Assembly: GCA_012295275.1 (NCBI GenBank)
Contig: CM022666.1
Coordinates: 5,766,001-5,830,000 of the forward strand
Length of the DNA: 64,000 nt
Origin: Chrysomallon squamiferum
Taxonomy: Eukaryota; Animalia; Mollusca
Direction of reading: 5' to 3'
The translations under genes were made by a program, and so were the position numbers. The notes below the pieces were generated by a model that was not told the origin of the DNA, searched no databases, and saw only the letters and a program-made list of their open reading frames with translations. Position 1 is the first letter of the stretch, and every line of letters starts with the position of its first letter. Below, one piece after another: positions 24,695 through 38,223 of the stretch.

Positions 24695-27600
24695 ATGTTT
24701 ATATCCATGTATCTACTATAAACACATATAACAAAAACACTTAAACACAATCACCTTATACAAATACATAATAACATAATAATATAACAAAAACACTTGA
24801 AGACAAACACATTAATAAAACACAGTGGACAAAATTGCATAAAAAATATAAACATACACACATTACACAAACATGCTAAAAATAACTGAACATAAATACA
24901 TAAAAAACATTAGATAAAGAGACACAATGACATAAAATAAACAGACATTAGACAAACAAGTTAACACAGAACAAACAAGCAGACACTAGACAAATAACTT
25001 AATACAGAACAAACATGCAGACATTAGACAAATAACTTAATACAGAACAAACATGCAGACATTAGACAAACAGGTTAATACTGAAGAAACATGCAGACAA
25101 TAGACAAACATTTTAATACAGAACAAACATGCAGACATTAGACAAACAGGTAATAAAGAAGAGACATGCAGACATTAGACAAAGAAGTTAATGCAGAAGA
25201 AACATGCAGACATTACAAAAACTGGTAATACAGAACAAACATGCAGACATTGCCCAAAGAGGTTAATACGGGAGATATATGTAGACATTAGACAAACAGG
25301 TAATAGAGCAGAAACATGCAGACATTATACAAACAAGTTAATACAGAACAAACATGCAGACATTAGACAATTAAGTTAATACAGAACAAACATGCAGACA
25401 TTAGACAAACATTTTAATACAGAACAAACATGCAGACATTAGACAAACAAGTTAATACAAAACAAACATGCAGACATTAGACAAACAGGTTAATACAGAA
25501 CAAACATGCAGACAATAGACAAACAGGTTAACACAGAACAAACATGCAGACATTAGACAAACAGGTTAACACAGAAGAAATATGCAGACATTAGACAAAC
25601 AGGTTAACACAGAAGAAACATGCAGACATTAGACAAACAAGTTAACACTGAAGAAACATGCAGACATTACAAAAACAGGTTAATACTGAACAAACATGCA
25701 GACAATAGACAAACAAGTTAGTGCAGAACAAACATGCAGACATTAGACACAAACAGGTAATACAGAAGAAACATGGAGACATTAAAAAAACAGGTCATAC
25801 AGAACAAACATGCAGACATTAGACAAACAGCTAATACAGAAGAAATATGCAGACATTAAAAAAACAGGTTAATACTGAACAAACATGCAGACATTAGACA
25901 AACAAGTTAACACACAGAACAAACATGCAGACATTAGAAAAACAAGTTAATACAGAACAAACATGCAGACATTAGACAAACAGGTAATACAGAACAAACA
26001 TGCAGACATTAGACAAACAGGTTAATACAGAACAAACATGCAGACATTAGACAAACAGGTTAATACATAACAAACATGCAAACATTAGACAAACAGGTTA
26101 ATACAGAACAAACATGCAGACAATAGACAAACAAGTTAATGCAGAACAAACATGCAGACATTAGAAAAACAAGATAATATAGAACAAACATGCAGACATT
26201 AAAAAACAGGTCACACAGAACAAACATGCAGACATTAGACAAACATGTAACACAGAAGAAACATGCAGAAATTACAAACAGTTTAATACAGAAGAAACAT
26301 GCAGACATTAGACAAAAAAGTTAACACAGAACAAACATGCAGACATTAGACAAACGGGTTAATACTGAACAAACATGCAAACATTAAAAAACAGGATACA
26401 GAACAAACATGCAGACATTAGACAAACAGGTAACACAGAAGAAACATGCAGACATTATTAGAAAAACAGTTTAATACAAAACAAATATGCAGACATTAGA
26501 CAAACAGGTTAATACAGAACAAACATGAAGACATTACAAAAAACAGGTTAATACAGAACAAACATGCAGACATTAGACAAACAAGTTAATACAGAACAAA
26601 CATGCAGACATTAGACAAACAGTTTAATACAGAACAAACATGCAGACATTAGACAAACAAGTTAATACAGAACAAACATGCAGACATTAGACAAAGAGGT
26701 TAATACAGAACAAACATGCAGACATTACACAAAGAGGTTAATACAGAACAAACATGCAGACATTAGACAAACAAGTTAATACAGAACAAACATGCAGACA
26801 TTAGAGAAAGAGGTTAATACAGAAGAAACATGCAGACATTAGAGAAAGAGGTTAATACAGAACAAACATGCAGACATTACACAAACAAGTTAATACAGAA
26901 CAAACATGCAGACATTAGACAAACAAGTTAATACAGAAAGAAACATGCAGACATTAGACAAACACGTTACACAGAACAAACATGCAGAAATTAGACAAAC
27001 AAGTTAATACAGAACAAACATGCAGACATTAGACAAACAAACATGCAGACAGAAAAAACAAACATGCAGACATTAGACAAACAAGTTAATACAGAACAAA
27101 CATGCAGACATTACACAAACACTTTACACAGAACAAACATGCAGACATTACTCAAAAAGGTTAATATTACACAAAAAGGTTAACAAACATGCAGACATTA
27201 GACAAACAAGTTAATACAGAAGAAACATGCAGACATTACACAAAAACAGGAAAAACATGCAGACATTACAAAAAAAGGTTAACAAAAGAAACATGCAGAC
27301 ATTAAAAAAAAGGATAATACAGAAAAAACATGCAGACATTAAACAAAGAGGATAATACAGAAGAAACATGCAGACATTAGACAAACACGTTACACAAATA
27401 TATGAACAAACAAAGATGCAGAAATTAAACAAACAAGTTAAAAACAGATAATAGAACAAACATGCAGACATTAGACAAACAAACATGCAGACATTAGAAA
27501 ACAGGTTAATAAAACAAACATGCAAGAAATTAAACAGGTAATAAAACAAACATGTTAACATTACAGAACAAACATGCAGACATTAGACAAACAAGTTAAT

Positions 27601-28715
27601 GCAGAAGAAACATGCAGACATTACAAAAACTGAACAAACAAACATGCAGACATTGCTATGTAGACATTAGACAAACAGGTTAATATAGAACAAACATGCA
27701 AACATTAAAAACAAGTTAATACAGAACAAATATGAAACATGCAGACAGTTAATAATAAAAAAAAAATGAGACATTAGAAACAGGTTCAACAAATAATAAA
27801 ACAAACCAAGTGCAGAAACATTTAATATAAACAAAAAACATAAATATAAAAAGTAATACAAGAAAAACATGAATATGACATATTCCACAGACAAAAAAAA
27901 CAAAATGAGGATAAGAAACATTAAGAAACATGCAGACATTATATAAATGACAAACATACAGATAAGTATACAGAACAAAATAAAAAACAAATATGCAGAC
28001 ATTAGACAAAACAGATAAAAACAAACATACAGATGAAACATGCAGATATTACAAAAACAGGTAATACAGAACAAACGAAACATGCAAGACATTACAAAAA
28101 CATAAGTAAAAACAAATAGAGAACAAACATGGAGACATATAAACAGAACAAACAAGACACAATTAATACAAATATACATGTACAATACAAACATGCAAAT
28201 ATAAAACAAACACAGATACAATACACAAAACATATAAAAAATAAAACATACAGACACAATACATTACAGACAAAATGTATGTTTACAAACATGAAACTTA
28301 AATACAAAATATAAACATGGAGAACACTAAAAATACAAATACACAAACATAAAAGCGTTAATATAGAACAAAACAAAAAGCATAAAACACAAACATTAGA
28401 CAAAGGGATAATAAATAACAAAGAATGAAACATGGCAGACATTAGACAAACAAAATAAACGAGCATAGATAAGTTACAAACAACAAGTGACGACCTAAAG
28501 ACATTATAAAGAAAAAAAAAAAAAAAAAAAAAAATGAATACAACAAACGTGACAGACAGAAATGTCCACATTATATCTACGCATGAATATCCTCTAACAT
28601 AAACTAAACAAACATGCAAACCACATAACAGTTATCCACTGTAAAGAAATAGGAAAACATACAAATACTGAACAGACATACAAATACTGAACAGACATTA
28701 CATGGATATAAACAT
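24695..28715. mobile_element. Putative inverted-repeat-bounded element carrying a satellite array
   Basis: ATGTTTATATCCATGTA (24695-24711) and TACATGGATATAAACAT (28699-28715) are exact reverse complements and border the A/C-rich array. No TSD seen. Confidence 0.55.
24935..28455. repeat. 38-bp minisatellite/satellite, consensus ACAGAACAAACATGCAGACATTAGACAAACAAGTTAAT
   Basis: Period 38 (e.g. 26591 to 26629). Roughly 70 recognisable copies to about 27750, degenerating toward both ends. Confidence 0.97.
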
Positions 28716-28894
28716 CGGGATGGTGATCTTTTGGTGTATTATTGCTTAAATTGGTGATTTCATCAAAAAAATCTAATTATTGTCGAAAATAATGTTTTTG
28801 CGATTAATCTTATACACAATAATTATTCAGAAATTGTCATTTTGTACCTGAAATACACGAAAATTCAGCAAGTGCAAAAACATACATGACAATG

Positions 28895-28985
28895 AACATG
28901 GCTGCCGTCTGAGTGTGACGTTATTTCATTATTGACGTCACTGTCGTTATTCTTCGGGTATTTACGACTGCTAACTAGACAACGA
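28895..28985. promoter_or_regulatory. CpG-containing promoter-like motif cluster (YY1-like and CRE)
   Basis: AACATGGCTGCC 28895-28906, TGACGT 28916-28921, palindromic TGACGTCA 28933-28940; local CpG enrichment. Confidence 0.45.
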
Positions 28986-29130
28986 ATAAGAAGAATAACA
29001 AAAAAAATAAAATTTTTATAATAATAAATGTTTAATATTACTGCTCAAAGAACAAAATCTGCTGGTGATGTTATTTTTTTATTTTTGTTTTGTTGTTCTT
29101 TCTTTTAGCTCTGTTTGGGAACGTATACAA

Positions 29131-29160
29131 CAGTGGTTCTCAAAGGGTGTGCCCCACGAA
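29131..29160 (+). mobile_element. hAT-Charlie-like terminus (solo)
   Basis: CAGTGGTTCTCAAA preceded by gtaTAcaa (Charlie-type target with central TA). Partner TIR not found. Confidence 0.4.
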
Positions 29161-29819
29161 ATTGTAGGATCTAGGTAGATATTTGTGATGATACAAAATT
29201 GATTATGTTAAGAGCGGAAAGATATCCAGTAAGAAATAGGCGGTTGTCCTGAAGAAGATTTTATACACGTTGTAAACTGGTTCGAAACGAGTAGTTTACC
29301 AGTGATAGTATGAGTGACAGGGTGTGCAAGTGTGATACATAGCCAAAGTTTTCTTGTGACACATATTCCTATCACTGTCACAATCACTACCCATCTAAAA
29401 CTTTAATATTTTATGGAATTATAGCCTATTATAGTGTTACATTTGTTAAAAGCAAACGATTTATAAACGTTTTCCCTCACTGCACAATGCACACCATTAA
29501 AAATATAGCCTTTGTACAGTTTTTGAACATTTTCCCAGTCCATTGCTTTGTATGACATATTTCAATATTTTTGAAGAAATTGTCAAGACATGTCAGGCTC
29601 ATACTTTTCATCAGCACAAAATAGATGATGAACAAAAGGGCTGTTCACACAGTGAACAAGTGTTGTAACTAAACATATCAGTGAACATCTCTCACACAAG
29701 GGTGGTAACTCTAAATATATCAGTGAACATCTCTCAATACAGATTCCAATTTAGTAATAATTATTTCTTTTGCTGTCCGGGCCGGATTTTTTTGTTTCAT
29801 TATTAACATCTTGTTTTGA

Positions 29820-29868
<49 letters not shown>

Positions 29869-30247
29869 GTAATACAGGTTAACTTTCTGAACATGTCACA
29901 TCATTCCAGTACTAGTTACACATACGAGACGAAACTAAAGTGAATTAAACTGAAATGATTTCTTAACAGACAAAGTGATAGCGCTAAATTCGTTTAACCA
30001 AGTTGATTTTGTTAAAGAGTATCTCAGACAAAAAACTTCTGCATTTAACCCCCAGTATTACAAGAAACATGAATGTTTCCCTTCCTTATGAAATCGCTGT
30101 GAATGGAAGAATGACAGAGGGGTTGTTAGTTCGTGGCAAAAATTTATTTTTGATGGAGTAGCTTCCCTTGATATCTTGAGCGTAAATGGCAACTGTGTTT
30201 ACAGATTTATCGATGAGTTTTCATTATCAGCTATAATCTGTCCTACT

Positions 30248-30249
<2 letters not shown>

Positions 30250-30319
<70 letters not shown>
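30250..30319. repeat. (CT)n microsatellite
   Basis: Pure CT run. Similar CT/GA/CA runs occur near 3256, 15223, 19375, 49461, 53216, 56141, 57447 and 63187. Confidence 0.95.
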
Positions 30320-30322
<3 letters not shown>

Positions 30323-32074
30323 GTAACTTTTACTACGATTTATACTACTACTACTACTAATATTACTACTGTCACAACTACTATTTGTTATTGACACCAT
30401 GATTACTACTACTGCTTTTATTGTTGTGTTTGTAATTTGTTTTTATTGCTGTTTCAATTACAATTGCTTGTTATTGTTGCATTTATTGTAACATTTATTA
30501 TTTACTATTACTATTACTACTATTGCTACTATTACTATTATTGCTGCTACTACTACTACTACTACTACTACCACTACAGCTACTATAAGTATTAAAGAAT
30601 GAAATATAAAAAATAAATACAGAATAAAGAATGTATAATTTAGAAGTAAAGAAAGACTAATTTGAATTTTTTAGGCTTTTATTATTATTATTATTATTAT
30701 TGCTGTATTTATTATTAGTAGTATTATTTAAATGTTGCTGTTATCAAACACCATTTTAATATATAATATAGTGTATAAGTATGAAAGATAAATAAAATTT
30801 ATAATAAAGCATAATTTAAAACAAGTGAAAAGAGTTTTGTTTTTATAATCATCCTCATCATTATATTATTATGATTATTATTATTATTATTATTTTATTG
30901 GCTTGTCATGGATTATAAATTGTTTAAATTGAAAAATCAATATTTGATTAATGCAATTTTTTAGAAAAACTGAGAAGAATGTGTGCCCATCTACGTATAT
31001 TACAATAGATACTATTATTATCATCATTATTAACACTGTCATTATTATCATTATCATCATCAATATTATTAGTTATCATTATCATTATCATTGTTATTGT
31101 TATTGCTATTATTATTATTCTTATTATTATTATTAAAAAATCATTATGTACACTGATTCTATCCTGAAAGTGTGTACATCCTGATTGGCCCTGATTCATT
31201 GCAGGTAACTCTAATACAGAGACTCAGTGCTTAAAATACCTTAGATCAACTCTTGATTGTGTTACAAGAGGAATATTGCATTACAATAATTTAAAAAATG
31301 AAATAAAATTTAATTTTCTTATTAAGCAAATGTTTGACACTGCATTTGAAATTCTTGCCTCATGAACATTTACAAATCTACAGCAGTCATGTTACAAACT
31401 AATATCACAATAAAATGATAATATTAATATAATTTACTTCTTAAGATTTTTGATACAGTGATTTGTGAATTATGTTCTCTATATCATCTTCTTGTACATT
31501 CATCAATTTTGAAAAGTAACGGTCTAGACATGCTTGGTTCCTTGACATCTTCAGCTATTCAAATTTTGAATCCTTAAGTAAATAATTATGTGCATATTTA
31601 TTATCTAATAAAATGTGTATATCTGGGTTTTTTCTTTCTTTCTGTTTGTATTTCATTGTTTTTTTGTTTTTTTCCCTGCTAGATTTGTTGTCTGTTTTCC
31701 CCAGCAGATGGTGAAGATCATTTTCTAGAGACAATATTGTAGAACAACAATAATTAAAAATAAACAAAATTGTGTGAAATGATGATGAACACTGACAAAC
31801 TAATAATTAAAAGTATTTATCTAACTGATAGACTCACTCACTAAAGAGTTAAAGAGAAAACAAAACACAACACAGTAACAATATGTTGAAGCCCGTTTTA
31901 ATTTTGGTCACACTGATATCTACATACTAAGTCACCTATGTCGAAGATAAAACAGACTTCCATTGTTAATAAATCAAAGATATATTCATTTTACATTATT
32001 ATTAATTTTTTGTTCCATTCATTAGTCACAGTAATACAGTGAATACATCTCTTAAAATAAATGAGTTTTTATTC

Positions 32075-32375
32075 AGAGTTGTATCCCTTGCTCTGACGGA
32101 AAATAAAATTTCATAAGATTTAGTTTAGTAACAATTTCAGTTTGTTTCCTTTTTATTAGCTTTTTCTTCTGACCTTTTCATCTGTTAACTCCATTTTTAC
32201 AAAAGGAATTGTGTCCCTTGTTATAAAAGGTCAGTAGTTATTTCCCTTGTCCATATAAAATAAAGGTTATCTCCCTTATTATGAAACAATTAGTCATGAA
32301 TTATTTCCCTTTACAACTCGGGGGGGATTTGTCTCCCTTTCTGTTATAAAATTAAAACACTTATTTCTCCTTATC
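32075..32375. repeat. Cluster of TT(A/G)T(C/T)TCCCTT motifs
   Basis: gttgtatccctt, ttgtgtccctt, ttatttccctt, ttatctccctt, ttatttccctt, ttgtctccctt at about 30-40 bp spacing. Confidence 0.6.
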
Positions 32376-34047
32376 TAATTTTGCAAAGCATTTGAATGAA
32401 TAAAAATGTAACTTTAGATAAATTTCAAAATATATCTCAAAGGATACAACTGAAGTTAAATTTCTCCACCTGTTTGTACATTACAGATATCTTGTACTCT
32501 CAATAAATAGCAAGCAATATCAATTCTTCTTGTCATTTTATCAGCAGACTAGAAATTTATATTTGTACAACAAACCCCTCTTTACCTTCTTAAAATACCT
32601 CATACTTTTTTTTTTAACAATTTTATGTAGATGAACACATTGCAAACTATTTACACTGTTGTATTGAAGTTTTTAACTGAGAAATGAAATTAAAAATAAT
32701 TTTTAAATGCTGTGGTGTTAAAAAAAGAGTAATAATAGTTACAGTAAAATTAAACTGGTAACAATTCTGAATAAAGTTTGAAAATTTAAAAATATATATA
32801 TATATATATATATAATATTTTGTCAAAGAAATATTAAAAAGAATAAAAATGCAAAGATTTAAAAAAACATTTAATAAAATAAATACATTTTGACTGTGAT
32901 AGTTGTATTTTTAATTTAAATTAATAATTTATCATTAAAAAAAAAATGTAAGACTTATAATGACACATTTATGAAACTAGTGTGTTAATATAGTGAGTTT
33001 TTAATGTTTGTTTAGAATTTATTTCACAGTTAATTACTGTAAGCAAATGTGTTGCAGATAAAAACAAAATTATCAGTCTACACTGGTCAAAATAAAAGGT
33101 ATGATATATCAGATGTTCCATATACTGCATACATTCATAGAATGATATTACGAGCCATACAGAAAACATATTAGTATATGGAGATAGACAGGTATAAAAC
33201 TGAAGTATGCTGTAAAACTGTTGCTCTTATTAATGAAATTCATTCTGATGTAGTAAGACATTTTTTTTTATTTTTTTTTTAAATAATAGTAAATAGAAAT
33301 AAATAAATAAATAAATATCAATAGGATTGTTTAAATCTTATTATTATTTAAATGTACTGATTAAGAGGTTAAAAATATATTTTATAAAAATGAAAAAGAA
33401 CTGATGCAGGAGTTGTTTCCCTTGTTTTTAATATCAAGAGTTATCTGGATTTAAAAAGGAAACAAAATTGAAAGTATTATTGCCACAACAATATAAACAC
33501 TGTTTTTGTTAAAAAAAAAAACAACAACAAAAAAAACCCACAATTATCTGAAATTTTAAAAGCAAATTAAATAAAATCAGTGAAATTACTTTATATACAT
33601 TTATTTAGCAATATTACGTTAATAATAATAATTATATTAAATAGATACAAAACAATGTGGTTCCAGTTTTTAAATTTTAAAAAATAATTTTCCAGCAAAG
33701 TATGAAATAACATTTACAAATTTCTGAATAAAAATAAATAAATAAATAAAGCATTATTAACAATAAGAAAAATAATAATTAACAAAAAAAAGGATTAAAA
33801 AAACATTTATCTGTTCTACAGAAACATTAAAAAAAAAAATGCAGATCTAAATTGACACCCGTTGTTTAGAAGATTTTGTAAGCAAATTTATAAAGTAGAC
33901 AAGAATACACTGAATAATGTATTCCTCAAATGAAACATGTAACAAATACCTTCTTCATTTGTAATAAATGCAAAATAATATCTGAATGTGGTTCAAGGAG
34001 CAATTTTTTGAAAAATAAATTCAAACATAATGGGTCTATATGTATAC

Positions 34048-34100
<53 letters not shown>

Positions 34101-34589
34101 GATTAAGTCATAGAAACACATCATGTGTATTTATATAATATAATCTTCATGCTGATTTTTTGTTTTCATTTTCTTTTAAATGCATATTTTTTCAAATTTG
34201 GTGTGACTGAAACATAATTTGGGCTGGCACTATGAAAAACCTTTATCTGAAAGAGTTTTGTTGTGATGAAAGGGACACAAACAAAAATATATATAAATAG
34301 ACAATATCCTTGAGAAGTTGGCCATCTAAACACTGCCAATAATAAAACAAACAAAAAAATAATAATATCTAAGGAACATTAAATATAAATGTACACATCA
34401 TTGACAACAACAAAATATTAAAATAATAATAAAAAAAAATATAAATAAAAAAAAAAATAATAATAATAAAAAAAATATATAATAAAACATTAAGGCTATA
34501 AATACACAACATAATAAAAATAATTGTTACCAAAATATCAACTGCAAGACCAGCAAATACAAATCCCCCACCCCCTTCATTATCCCTCC

Positions 34590-34875
34590 ACTGGATAATC
34601 CATTCTGATTGGACAATGACAATGTACAATTCCCTAACGTCACCATCACTTTACAAGACAATCTGTTCTGATTGGTTTAAATCAGCCAATGATAATATAC
34701 AATCCCTAACCCTTCCATCATCCGAAACTCTATTCTGATTGGCTGTTGAAATCAACCAATAATAATGTACAATTCCCTAATTCCTTCTCCTCTTCTTCAT
34801 CAGATAACCTAATCTGATTGGCTGCCAAAAACAGCCAATGATATATCACTACTGAGGTATTTATTAGCCAATGAA
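34590..34875. repeat. ~70-80 bp tandem repeat with paired ATTGG...CCAAT boxes
   Basis: TCTGATTGG-N(9-12)-CCAAT(G/A)AT..TACAAT(T)CCCTAA unit, about 4 copies. Confidence 0.8.
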
Positions 34876-37800
34876 AATGAAGAGGTAAATATATTAGTTA
34901 CCTCATGGCAAATGATAATTAGTGTGTGATGATTGGGAGAAATGATTTATGAATTTGGTTGTTTTGTTTTTGTTGTGTTATTATCATTATTATTATTAAT
35001 TTTTTAAAAATAAATTTCTATGTCTTCATTTTCTTTAATATTAGTATACAATTAATATACTGAAAAATATACACACAAAACGCAAATTAAAAAAACAAAC
35101 ATTAACACCAAAAATCACAGTAAATCAAATAATAATAATAAAAAAAGAACATATGCACTATTTTGCAATTATTTGTATTTTACACAAAAAGGCAAGAAAT
35201 ACATCAATAAAATAACTGCTGAAACATTTTTATTTTTCATTTTTAAATAATGAAAGTAAAATGCTAATGAATATAAAATGGCTCCCAAAATTAAAATGTA
35301 AAGTGATTTTAAAAATAATATTTATATATAATATATATTAGCTAAATTGTCTAAAAGATTCATCTTTGGTTGTAAAATAATAAAATCTAAAAATTTGTTT
35401 TTAATTGTAAGCAAGTGTGAAAAATCTAGTACAGTTAAAAAAATATTTTGAAAAATTAAAAAACATTACTAATCTATAGACCTTTACAATAATAAATATA
35501 AATTCACCATGAATCTAAACAACAAAAAAATACTTCACATAATAATATTAAAGTTATTTTCTAAATCTTGTTTTAATTTAAAGCAAAAATCTCACAATTT
35601 ATTCTGTAATTAAATTATTTATATAATTATTTGCTCATCAAAAGCAAATACCTTCATAAGACTGAGTAGCCATTAAATCCATTTTAAAAATATTGATTTG
35701 AAATTATTTGCTTTACTTACAAACATCCTACAATACAGGCCAAAAAAAAAAAAAAAAGATTCTTTGGATATATTATTAAATTTGTCTTATCATCATAAAG
35801 TGTGTTAGAACATATATACAAGTATATGTACAAGGTTACATAATAAAAATATTAAGATAATTACACATTATCCACTAAATACAGTGACATTTTCTTTATA
35901 TAAATTAAAGTAAATTAAATATATTTTGTGAGGAAATGTTGAGAAAAGTAATAAGAAATATATGCATATTTTTTTTTCTTTAAGTATAAAAGCCAATATT
36001 TCTTTTGATAAATTTGGTAAAGTATTTACTTTTAAAAGCTTTAAAAAGTTATAAAAAAAAATGTAAGTTTTTATCCTTACTGCTATCAAAAAGACAGTCT
36101 GTGTGTGGGTATAAATTTTAAATTAAAATTAAATCATAAATTATTAAATAAATCATTATTAAATCTTCTAAAACCAGAAGTTAAAATTTTGGTTTAGGAT
36201 GAAGGTGGGATTTTAAAATTTTAAATACCTTTGGTCATTAAATAAAATCAATAACCCAAAACACAACCATAAATATGAAAATATAAAATAAAATAAAATA
36301 AAATAAAATAAAATAAAATAAAATAAAATAAAATAAAATAAATAATGGTAATAAAATGAAAATGTATAAAAATTAAAATTGTAAACTCAAATGGTCACAT
36401 TTTATTTTCTAATCGAAAGATAAAATGTTATTATAAATGGAGAGATTTGCCATTATTTCAAATCACAATGTCAGTGTCAAAAGTCAAAGGTCAGTTTCAT
36501 TTTAAATCAGTCAAGGTATTCTTTTTCAAAATTAAATATTATTTTGAATCAAAACCAAATGTTAATTAAAACCAAATGTTAAGCTAAACAAATCTTGATT
36601 TATTTATGTATTAATTTATTATTATTTTTATTATTATTATTATTAACAACTCACAAATTAGAATATTTTAATTATTATTTCTTAAAATTTTGACCAAGAT
36701 ATTTTATTTAATAAATGTTTATTTTTGACAAAAATATTACTAACAAACTGAAGCCAGTACACTGTATGTGTGTGTACCCTTCTGGTGATTGTCTGGAAAA
36801 AAAAAAAAAAAAAATATGTAACAACGAAATGCTAAGTATTTCAATGTAATATGTTTGTGGTTATTTTATTTTATTATCTGTGTTTTTTCTTCACCATTTC
36901 CCATATAAATTATTGTATCATGAAACCTTTCTACTCTGCCCACATTCCCTCCTACCTTACTATAATAGTCATATACCCTTCCATCCTCCAGGCCTATTGT
37001 GAACTACAATTTTTGCAAAATTTCACACTGTCCACAAAATTAAATTCTTAAAAATAAAAATAATAATAAATATGAATTTGTAGATAAATGCACATAACAT
37101 CTGAATAAAACCAATCCACTTGTTAATGTGATTTCATCTCTTTCTTTCTTTCTTTTTTTTTTTTTTTTTTTTTTTTTTGGTTATTGAATATAACATAAAA
37201 TGCACATCAATAATAACATGAACACCACAGTTTGTTAGTTGCCAGGTGTCTCTTACAACTCAAGGTACAGATGAGAACATATATACCTCTGTGTATGTAT
37301 ATATATATATATCTATATATGTAGGTATACTGCTGCATACGTGGATATCAGTGTTGCAGTTTAAACAGCGTATTTCTGAGTGTCGTTTCTTCTTAAAGTC
37401 CTTTTTATTTAATGAATTTCTCATCAAAATGTTTTCGACAAAACTGAAATAATTCTCACGAGAGAATCTGAAGTCTTGCAAATATCCTTGACGAATCAAT
37501 CAAAGCAAAAAACAGAATAGCACTCCATTTTTACACTCATTTTACCTTCAATGGGAGTCACTAAAGAAGAAAACAAAATTTGTTAAAAAATGGTACGAAC
37601 ATGAGAAACACAAAAAATTTAAGTTGCCACAATTCACATCATGATGATCAATGTCTTTCCTGATTCCTCTGAAACATTGGAAAAGATGTCCATGTCTTCA
37701 GTTTCTTTGTCCACTGTAAGAAATCATTCGAAAAATTTGCAAAAAAATAAAATAAAATCCAGTTCCTGTTATCACTAGTAAATAATTCTATGAAAAATTT

Positions 37801-38223
37801 TCAACAGTTGGTTTCCTGAAGATGAATTTTTTTTTTTTTTTTTTTCATGGTACGAAATTTTCAAATTTTTATGTTGAATTTATTATTTTTTTATTATTAT
37901 TTTTAATAATTATTTTTCTTTTTTTGTTATAAAACGTATTTTGTAATTTAACAGGATTTTATTTAATTGTCAGCAGTCAATATCCTCCATTCCTTTTAAT
38001 TGTTTGTTTTTTTGTCTTTCTCTTTTTTCTTTCTTTCTTTTTTCACTCTCTCAATTTCTTTTTTTTAAACATCCTCTTTTCCACTTTAATTTTCAGTTAT
38101 AGTTTTCTACAACCACTGCTGACAAAGCACCAGAAGATTAGAAATAGGCACATTGTAGATGTATTGCTTGCGTCGCGTCACCAATTAACTACTGCACTGA
38201 CAGCATCGTCTCTACGCTGCCAA

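Noticed and set aside
24935-28455. CRISPR-like appearance (conserved core with variable segment)
   Set aside because: The variable segments are variants of one sequence, not unique spacers. The context is eukaryotic and no cas genes are present.
26060-28619. Long Cys/Phe/Leu-rich minus-strand ORFs
   Set aside because: Translations of the satellite strand that lacks stop codons.
28595-28820. Minus-strand frame ...DHHPDVYIH...WITVMW, loosely like pterin-carbinolamine dehydratase
   Set aside because: No start codon, flanking residues do not fit, and it overlaps the 17-bp inverted repeat and satellite remnants.
29270-29305. B-box-like GGTTCGAAAC within a short hairpin
   Set aside because: No cloverleaf or properly spaced A-box; not a tRNA.
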